A stretch of DNA of 27,845 nt from a candidate division FCPU426 bacterium (lineage in GTDB: Bacteria > Oederibacteriota > Muellerivitia > Muellerivitales > Muellerivitaceae): contig CAWHOE010000038.1 of the NCBI GenBank assembly GCA_963830915.1, positions 1-27,845 on the forward strand, written 5' to 3'. Position numbers and translations under genes: made by a program. Positions 19,672 through 27,845 of the stretch are shown piece by piece; the first letter of the stretch is position 1; each line of letters opens with the position of its first letter. Under the pieces are notes generated by a model. That model was not told the origin of the DNA and searched no databases. It worked only from the letters and a program-made list of their open reading frames with translations.

Positions 19672-20241
19672 ATGGCCATGGGAATCGCGCTGGTCGTCCT
19701 GTTGTTCATCCTCGGAGTTCTCCTTCTGGTCTCCCTTTATTTCGTCTCGGTCTACAACTCCCTGGTCCGGTACCGGGTGGAAGTGGATAACTCCTGGTCC
19801 CAGATCGACGTTCAGCTGAAACGGCGCCATGACCTCATCCCCAACCTGGTGGAAACGGTCAAGGGCGTGATGGAGTTCGAGAAGGGGACCCTCACCCAGG
19901 TCATGCAGGCCCGGGCCAACGCCATGGGAGCCTCCAACATGGGCGACCGCATGAAGGCGGAGAACGAGATCACCGGATGCCTGGGCAAGCTGATGGCGGT
20001 CTGGGAGAATTATCCCACCCTTAAATCCAACGAGAACGCCAAGCAGCTCCAGGAAGAATTGACCTCCACCGAGAACAAGATCGCCTACGTCAGGGGCCAT
20101 TACAACGACGTGGTGGCCAACTATAACGCGGTCACCCAGCAGTTCCCGTCGAACCTCATCGCCGGGCCCTTCGGGTTCCAATCGAGGGATTTCCTGAAAA
20201 CAGCCGACGCTGAAAAAGAAGCGCCCCAAGTCAAGTTTTAA
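19672..20241 (+). CDS. lemA: LemA family protein
   Basis: N-terminal TM, YNSLV, WSQIDVQLKRRHDLIPNLVETVKG, ENYPTLKSNEN, TENKIA, YN..V..YN and FPSNLIA; AGGAG RBS. Confidence 0.95.
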   Translation: MAMGIALVVLLFILGVLLLVSLYFVSVYNSLVRYRVEVDNSWSQIDVQLKRRHDLIPNLVETVKGVMEFEKGTLTQVMQARANAMGASNMGDRMKAENEITGCLGKLMAVWENYPTLKSNENAKQLQEELTSTENKIAYVRGHYNDVVANYNAVTQQFPSNLIAGPFGFQSRDFLKTADAEKEAPQVKF

Positions 20242-20253
20242 GGGACTGGGACG

Positions 20254-21921
20254 ATGTTCTACGCCCTGCCCGCGGATACGGTCTTCGAAGCCAAGGAACG
20301 GACAAGGCGGGCGACGGTCCTGCTCTTTTTCCTGCTGACCGTTCTCTATATTTTCTTCGCCAACCTTATGACGGTCACGGCGGCCTTGATGTTCGGCATC
20401 TGGAACCGCCACCGGGACCCGGTCAATTTCGGGCTCCTTATCCTCATTACCAGCCTCATCGCCGCGGCTATCGCGGTGGTCCATTTCATCGTGGTGCGCA
20501 ACAAGACCCTCGATGAGATGCTCGGGGAGATCGGTACTAGACCCGCCGACCCAAAGGATAGCTATCACGCCCAGTTCATCAATATCGTCCAGGAAGCGGA
20601 AGCCGCTACCGGCATCCACGGCATCCGGGCGGTAGTGCTTCCCACGCCCGGCTGCAACGCCTTTTCCATCCAGGATGGGAAGGGTCAATGCGCCATCGGC
20701 GCCACCGAGGGCCTCCTTTCCAAGCTCACCCGCGGCGAACTTTCGGCCGTGGTCGCCCATGAGGCGGCCCACCTGATCCACGAGGATTCCCGTTTGGTCA
20801 CAACCGCCTGTTTCCTTTTTATCGTCTTCCAAAAGATAAACGAGGCGCTGGGTAACATGATGGCTGGGAGTACCAGGACCACCACCTACGGGGAGAGAAG
20901 GAACAGCGGTGGTGTCTCCGGTGTCATTGTGGTCCTCTGGATCATCTCGGGGTTGGGATACCTGGCGACCAAGCTGGTGGGGATGGCCATCTCACGGGAA
21001 AGGGAATACCTGGCGGACGCGGACGGGGTACAGATGTGCAAAGATCCCCTCTCCCTCGCGGAAAGTCTTTACCGTATTTCGAGGCGCTATCGGGGCGAGA
21101 TCCCCAACGCTTTCTCCGCGGTCTTCATCATGAACCCTCAGGAGTCGGACCTGGACGAGCAAGAAGGGTTCTTCTCGAACCTTTTCAGCGACCATCCTCC
21201 AGCGGCCTTACGGCTCAAAAAATTGCTGACCTGGGCCAAGGCGGACGCCCAGACCATGATGAACATGGCCGAACAGGAGGACAAAATTCCGGCCCAACCC
21301 TCCGGAAATCCCTCATCGCCGGGGAATGAAGGCGCCTTCATGGCCTTCCAGAACAACCAGTGGGTCGGGCCCTATAGCCCCCTTCAATTGTTGACCATGG
21401 GGTTCATGACCCCCTCCACCTGGGTCTGTCCGGCGGGAGACCAACAGGTCGTGAAGGCTTCCGACAGCCCCGAGTTACTGCCCTTATTCCAGAAACAGGT
21501 CCAGGGGGCGGTCGCCCAAGAGGTTTGCCCCCGTTGCAAGGTTCCCATGCTTTCCACCACCTATGAGGGGGCCGAGGTGGAGCAATGCAGTTTTTGCAAG
21601 GGATACCTTTTAAGAACGGGGGTACTGGAAAGGCTGATCACCCGGGAGGAAAGGACCTTCTCGCCTGAAGAGATCAAAAAAGCGAAAGTGTGGAGGGATT
21701 CCCAAGTTGGGCCCCTCGGCGAGAGGGACCATTTTCCCCCCATCAAATGTCCCTTTTGTCAGAGCGAAATGTGCAAGGGGGTCCATTCCTTGCTCACCCA
21801 GGTGATCATCGACCACTGCTCCAACGATCTCTGCGGGGCCATCTGGTGCGACGGGGGCGAATTGGAGACCATCCAGATGCTCATCGAGGACGCCCATAGT
21901 CCGTCCGCATCACCTTCCTGA
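20254..21921 (+). CDS. M48 (HtpX-like) membrane zinc protease fused to a GYF_2-like domain and two zf-TFIIB-like zinc ribbons
   Basis: NAF, TEGLL..L.R.EL.AVVAHEAAH, SREREYLADA and FSDHPP. Then QWVGPYS, CPRC..CSFC and CPFC..CSNDLC.AIWCDGGEL. Directly follows lemA. Confidence 0.88.
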   Translation: MFYALPADTVFEAKERTRRATVLLFFLLTVLYIFFANLMTVTAALMFGIWNRHRDPVNFGLLILITSLIAAAIAVVHFIVVRNKTLDEMLGEIGTRPADPKDSYHAQFINIVQEAEAATGIHGIRAVVLPTPGCNAFSIQDGKGQCAIGATEGLLSKLTRGELSAVVAHEAAHLIHEDSRLVTTACFLFIVFQKINEALGNMMAGSTRTTTYGERRNSGGVSGVIVVLWIISGLGYLATKLVGMAISREREYLADADGVQMCKDPLSLAESLYRISRRYRGEIPNAFSAVFIMNPQESDLDEQEGFFSNLFSDHPPAALRLKKLLTWAKADAQTMMNMAEQEDKIPAQPSGNPSSPGNEGAFMAFQNNQWVGPYSPLQLLTMGFMTPSTWVCPAGDQQVVKASDSPELLPLFQKQVQGAVAQEVCPRCKVPMLSTTYEGAEVEQCSFCKGYLLRTGVLERLITREERTFSPEEIKKAKVWRDSQVGPLGERDHFPPIKCPFCQSEMCKGVHSLLTQVIIDHCSNDLCGAIWCDGGELETIQMLIEDAHSPSASPS

Positions 21922-22054
21922 GCTTTACGCTCAGAACCCAATAAAACCAATCGGTGTTTCGCCCAATTTCCTCAGGTTAAACCATCAAAAATCCTAATGG
22001 TATAAATAGCTTTAAATTCATCCTCCTATCCCTAAACTATTAATTCGCATAGGG

Positions 22055-22229
22055 TATAATTAACTCGGCAATTGGGGCTGAAGCCTACCCGAAGAATGTC
22101 GCCGCGTTCTTCGGTGATTTACCTGACGACGCTGACTATCAATACTGAGGGTGATCATGGGATTTGTTTGGATGAAAATATTGACCGTGTTTTTTCCGTT
22201 GAACGTCGACCCTCCTTTCGTCCAATCCC
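22055..22229 (+). promoter_or_regulatory. TATAAT box followed by a structured long 5' leader of the surface-protein gene
   Basis: TATAAT at 22055-22060; 10-bp hairpin at 22089-22114; helix 22168-22177/22216-22225 closed by 22159-22162/22226-22229. Family not recognised. Confidence 0.35.
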
Positions 22230-22339
22230 CACTTAACCCATTAATGATTGATTGAAACCTCGATGGCTTCCATTGGGGGAAGATTTTTTAAAGATTTATT
22301 TTTTTCCAAACTTGAAACGGTTTAACAAGAAGGACTTAA

Positions 22340-25300
22340 TTGAAATTTAAGTCAAAAAACTTATGGCTCCTGACGCTGTTGTTCCTTTTGCCCGTGGCGC
22401 GGGTCCAAGCCGCTTGCGCCCTGCCGGGCAAAGAGACCGCCACGGCCATCTCGGGCGTTGTGAACACCTATTATCCCGCTACGGCCAGCGCCGCGGTTGG
22501 GACCACCGTCATCACTCTAGGCGCCGCCAGCGGCTCGACCACCGCCATCTCGGCCCAGGACCTGCTCCTGGTCATCCAGATGCAGGACGCCGCCATCAGC
22601 CAGACCACCGGCATCAATTATGGTAGTGGGACTGGTGTTGGGGCGGGCTATCTGACACTGAACAACACAGGTCTATATGAATACGCCGTCGCGGCCAACG
22701 CCGTTCCCTTGACCGGGGGGACGGTCACCCTTACCTCGCCCTTGACCAACTCCTATGACTCGGCTGTGACCACAGCCACCATGGGCCAGCGGACATTCCA
22801 AGTCATTCGAGTTCCCCAGTACAACAGTGTCACCCTAACCGGACCGGTCAGCTGTACACCGTGGAATGGTCTGTCCGGAGGGGTGGTGGTCATGGATGTG
22901 AGCTATGTCCTGAACCTGAACAACTCAGTCATCTCCGCCAGCGGTCTGGGGTTCCAAGGCGGGGGAGCCAAACGGCTGGCCGGGGGCGCGGGATGCGCCG
23001 CGGGGGAGAACAATTATTACGAGGACTCGGCCGCCAAGGCTTTTTTCGCCTACAAGGGCGAGGGCATCGCGGGCCTGCCGGCCCTGACCTATCGATTGGG
23101 AATGGGCAATGTGGTGAACACGAACAATGGCGGTCTGGATGGTTATCCGGGCGGGGACAAGGCTCGCGGCGCGCCTGGCAACGCCGGGGGAGGGGGAAAT
23201 GATGACAACCCTTGCGCCGCCAACAATCAGAACGCGGGCGGCGGCGGCGGAGGCAACGGCGGCGTGGGAGGATTGGGCGGCAACACCTGGAACGGCGATA
23301 CGGCCCTGGGCGGTTTGGGCGGGACCGTCTTTCCCGCCACATCCTCCCGGATCGTTTTTGGCGGAGGAGGGGGTTCGGGCGACCGCAACGACACGGATAA
23401 CATCAATCCCGCTCCGGGTCCTTATAACGACGCGGGTGTCATCGAGAGTTCGGGTGGTCCGGGCGGAGGCATCGTCCTCATCCAGACAGGCTATCTCTTT
23501 GGGGGAGGGACCATCTCGGCGGATGGTTCGCTGGGCCTGGATACGGAGAACGACGGGGCGGGCGGGGGCGGAGGCGGAGGTTCGGTGGTGGTCTACTCGA
23601 ATGACCAGTTCCTATACGCTGGCAATGTGGTTCTTTCGGCTTCGGGAGCCAATGGCGGTAACGCTTGGATCGTTGAGGATGGGGGAGAATCCCAACGGCA
23701 CGGCCCGGGCGGCGGCGGTGGCGGCGGCTATGTCCTGACCAACGCGAGCGGAAGCAACATTCCCTCCATGTTCGTCACGGGCGGTTCCAACGGCTTTACC
23801 AATACGGTCTATGACCCGTATGGAGCCACGTCAGGTCAAGCCGGGCAAACATTGGCTTTAGCTTCCGTCCTGCCTGGCACGAACCCCGGGTTCTCCTGCG
23901 CCCCCACCGCGACCATTACGGCCACCCCAACGGCCACCAACTCGCCGACCGCCACGACCACCCCGCCCACGAGCACGGATACTTTCACGCCCTCGCCCAC
24001 CTCGACCACCATTCCTTGCGCGATCGCCTACATCACCGCCAACTCGAAAGCCGTCAACATGGCTAACGCCAACACGACCCTCAACCTGACCTTCAACGGA
24101 ACCGACACACTTTTGTTGGTCCAGGTGGGCATCGAGGGGGCGGCGGCCAATGACACGGTCAATCTCTGTACCTACAACGGCGCCCCCTTATCCCAGGTTT
24201 TGAACGCGCAGGACGCGACCAACGGGGGAACAGTGGAGGTCTATTGCCTGGTGAATCCGCCGAACGGGACCAACACCCTGGCCGTATCCATCGCCGCCCC
24301 GGGGGCAACCGCCATGAATGTCGGGGCCATTGTTTTCCAGGGCGTGAACACATCCACCCCTATCGGGGCTGTCACGACCGCCTTGGGGGCTATCAGCGCG
24401 ACGGCCCAGGCGGTGACCCTTACCACGACCGCCAGTAAAAGCGTCATCTCCAGTCTTTGCCTGACGGACACCAACGGGGTCAGGGTCTCCGGCAGGGGAG
24501 GGAACCAGAACAACCGGTGGAACCAGGCCCCCGCCGCCGCATTCGGTGCGGAAGGGGACGATACCGCCCCCTTGGGCGCGCCCGCTTCCAATCGATTGAC
24601 CTTCACGCTCTCGGCCGCCGCATTCGCTGACATGGCGGCGGTGGAGTTGCTGGCGGGTAATTGCAACCCAACTTCCACACCGACCAGAACCCCGACGACG
24701 ACCCCCACTCCCACCAATTCACCCACCATCACCCTGACCCCCATCCCGGGCTGCGTCCTTTCTCCCAACCTGGACCTGAAGATGAGGCTGATTAATTGCG
24801 CCAATAACATCGCCGTCTACCGGTTCTATGTGAAGAACAACGATCCGACGACCGCGGTCAAACTGTCCGACCTGACCCTGAAAATATTCGCTTATGACAC
24901 GGGGGCCGCCAGCTGGTGTTTCCCCAGTTATTTCGGCGGGAATGTCTATGACGGGACCGGGGCTTTCCAATACACCAACGCCACGGCCATCGCCGGGACT
25001 GCCGTGGCATTCAATCCCAATTGCACAACCATCCCCAATCGGTACGCCAATTGGGAGATGGATGTGAACTGCCCCAATACCCAGACCATCCCCGCCAACG
25101 GGGGTTATTGGATCGACGGAAATTTCGCCTTGCAGATATGCAGTACGGCCTTGTTCGCGCCGGGGTTCTCGTCCTGGTACAGCCAGAATCCCGGCTGGGC
25201 AGGTAGGGGTTTGTTCGGATGTGGCGGCTAATACTCCCAGCGGATATTTTGACGACCCTCATTACGCCCTTTATTACAAAGGAAGCTTGATCAACGAGCA

Positions 25301-27811
25301 GGGAGGGCTGATCCCAATACCGGGGTGGTGCCATGCGCCGTGGTATCGGGCCAATGCAGTCCGACAATGACCTTTACGCCGACCAATTCCGCAACCTTCA
25401 CCCCGACCAATACGGCCACGAATAGCGCGACCAATACCCCTACCAATACTGCAACAAATTCGGCGACGAATACCCCGACGAACAGCGCGACCCAAACAGC
25501 GACAAATACTCCGACGAACTCGCAAACCAATACGGCGACCCAATCGGCTACGAATACCTGCACAAACACTTCGAGCAATACTGCGACCAACTCTCCGACC
25601 AATACTTCCACCAATTCGGCTACGAATACGGCATCCAATACCGCTACCTATACATCGACTAATACGGAGACCAATACGGCTACCAACACCGTGACGAATA
25701 CGGCAACTAACACCGCTACAAATACCCCGACGAACTCGGCGACGAATTCGCAAACCAATACGGCGACCCAATCGGCTACGAATACGGCCACGAACAGCGC
25801 GACCCAGACAGCGACAAATACCCCAACGAATACCGCCACGAATAGCGCGACGGATTCGATGACGGCTACGCCGTCCCTTACCGCTTCGGCTTCGCCTTCG
25901 CCAACTCCAAGCAACACAGCGACGAACAGCGCGACCCAAACAGCGACAAATACTCCGACGAACTCGCAAACCAATACGGCGACCTATTCGGTCACCAACA
26001 CACCGACAGCCACTTCGACCAACACAACAACGAACACCTCTACCCAAACGTTCACCAATACTCCGACCAGGACCGCGACGAATACGGCGACGAACAGCTC
26101 GACGTCCACGGCCACCAATACCACGACCCCATCGGTCACCAATACAGCGACCGATAGCCAGACGAACACGGCTACCCAAACCGCCTCCAACAGCCCGACG
26201 AATACAGCGACTAACACTTTCACGAACACACCAACGAACTCGGCGACTAACTCACAAACCAATACAGCCACCCAAACGCTTTCTTATACGGCAACTTGTA
26301 CCGAAAGCAATACCGCCACGAATACGGCGACTGGCACTGCGACCAATACGTCGACCGGTACGCTGACCAATACCCCAACATCGACAATGACTGGGACCTC
26401 TACCCCTTCAGCGACCAACTCTCCGACGAATACCAAAACAACGACCGTTTATCCCACCAGTACACCGACGAACAGCCCGACCGCCTCCCGGACACCAACG
26501 GCTTCTTCAACATCAACCGCGACATCGACCAACACTGTTACCAATTCCTCCACCCCTTCCGCTACCAACACTCCAACCCTTTCACCAACCCATACCCCTA
26601 CACCCACATCTACAGGCACTAATACGGCAACTGGCACAGCGACGAATAGCCCCACTCGAACCGCCACGAACACGGTTACCAGCAGCCCGACGAACAGCCC
26701 CACCGGGACGATCACGCCTCTCAATACCACCACGCCCAGCTCGACCGCCACTTCCACCCCAACGGCCTCGAACACGACCACCGGTACGGCCTCGTCGACC
26801 GCGACCGTGACGGTTTCGATGACGGCCAGCCCGACTGCGAGCACAACATCCTCCAACACCCTTACTAATACACCAACATCCAGTTGGACAGCGTCCCAGA
26901 CCCCTAGCCCAACATTGAGCTACACCCCGACGAACAGCCCCACCGGGACGATCACGCCCCTCAATACCACTACGCCCAGCTCGACCGCCACTTCCACACC
27001 AACCTCCTCGAGTACGGCCAGCGAAACGATGACCCCTTCTCGCACGAATACCCCGACCATGACCTGCACCCAAACCTGGTCCCCGACCCTCACCTACACT
27101 CGAACGATCACATTTACCTTCACCCCCACGGTCACTCCCACGAACACCATGACTCCCACCCCGACCGGTTCGTCCACCCAGACCTACTCCCCGACCCCGA
27201 ATTGCCAAGCGGAGATCGTCAAGATATTCGACTCGAGGGGGGAACTGGTCCGGACGATCTGCGGCGCCGATCCCTTTACCAACCCCGCGTCGATCGTTCT
27301 GGGTCTTTCGAATTTCATGCCGGATAAAAGCGGATTGGGCGGGCAGGTCACGATCTATTTGAACGGGGTGGTCATCGCGGTCTGGGATGTGAAGGATTCA
27401 GCCGGGATATTGGTCCCCAACGGCTACTACCAGGTATTGGTGGAACAGAACAATCCGGGCGGGAACCAACTGAGCGTTTCCAAGGACATCTACGTGGGTC
27501 CCAATTTCCTAACCTCGGCGGCCCAACTGACCGCCTGGCCCAATGTGGCGCGTCCCGGAACGACGGTCCTTTTCACGGCGATGATCGAGGGGAACCTGGC
27601 GGGCGGGAAAAGCGTCATCAAGGTCTACGCCTTGACCGGCGAGCTGGTGAACAGCCTTCCTATCTCCAATGGTCAGGCTCATTGGGACTTGAGCGATTCC
27701 TCCAAGGTGTCGGTCGCGTCGGGGCTTTACCTGGCGGTCCTGGATGGGAATGGGGATACGGTCACGCAAACGCCGGTCCGTAAAATCGTGAAAGTTATCG
27801 TCCTGAAGTAA
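22340..27811 (+). CDS. Giant secreted surface protein/adhesin (about 1823 aa): signal peptide, Gly-rich domain, beta domain, CBM3-like domain, (T/S-X)n stalk, two FlgD-Ig/T9SS-CTD-like domains; interrupted by two compensating indels
   Basis: ORFs 22340..25231 and 25325..27811 are in the same frame. The gap reads in the +1 frame as [32 protein letters not shown], continuing the domain. The second ORF lacks a signal peptide. TTG start with AAGGA RBS; signal peptide ends VQA. Confidence 0.75.
25358..27199 (+). repeat. Coding low-complexity repeat: 614 codons of (T/S)-X, with a 12-bp [12 protein letters not shown] period in the first half
   Basis: Read from the translation. Exact 65-bp duplication 25476-25540/25920-25984; 72-bp duplication 26686-26757/26926-26997 with 2 synonymous differences. 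Confidence 0.95.
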
Positions 27812-27845
27812 GGGTTTTTCGCTGACGGAACGCCGATTTTCCATA

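Noticed and set aside
20241..20256. AGGGACTGGGACGATG resembling part of a SAM-I riboswitch
   Set aside because: It is the 12-bp lemA-protease spacer and start codon; there is no room for the fold.
19669..20832. 387-aa antisense ORF and other long shadow ORFs opposite real genes
   Set aside because: Expected in GC-rich DNA; no motifs, and the sense genes are well supported.
21981..22001. ACCAT-N11-ATGGT dyad (LysR-like T-N11-A)
   Set aside because: Only 5-bp arms in AT-rich DNA and no regulator nearby; indistinguishable from chance.
22070..22140. c-di-AMP (ydaO) or c-di-GMP riboswitch
   Set aside because: Only fragmentary resemblance (GGGGCTGAA, GCTGAC); the conserved core elements are missing.
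25229..25252. Stop-codon readthrough or recoding joining the two in-frame ORFs
   Set aside because: Two different stops (TAA, TGA) would need suppression, and the +1 frame gives the domain-like sequence; compensating indels explain it better.
25274..27208. Val-rich and Arg/Gly-rich antisense ORFs, or a CRISPR-like array
   Set aside because: These are mirror images of the ACN-rich coding repeat; there is no constant repeat with unique spacers and no cas genes.

Overview
Bacterial, GC-rich chromosomal window with three parts. (1) 1-17583, minus strand: a tightly coupled cell-surface glycosylation locus. It encodes UDP-glucuronate decarboxylase, two cobalamin-binding radical SAM enzymes (one with a CX12CX2C motif), a small membrane protein, GT4, an LPG-synthase-TM flippase-like protein, GT2, four YfhO-like GT-C membrane glycosyltransferases, an FkbM methyltransferase, and a DapF-family epimerase with both catalytic Cys replaced by Ser. 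(2) 17712-21921: an NHL-repeat secreted protein, a DksA/TraR zinc-finger protein, lemA, and an HtpX-like M48 protease with an unusual GYF-like plus double zinc-ribbon tail. (3) 22340-27811: a very large secreted protein (about 1823 aa once two compensating indels are bridged). Its architecture is Gly-rich domain, beta domain, CBM3-like domain, a 614-aa almost perfectly alternating (Thr/Ser)-X stalk, and two FlgD-Ig/T9SS-CTD-like domains. The best candidate for an undescribed system is a lipid-carrier/GT-C pathway installing radical-SAM-modified sugars on mucin-like (T/S-X)n surface proteins; this is inference. Five single-base indels in short homopolymers are most likely assembly errors. No rRNA, tRNA, CRISPR or transposase was seen.
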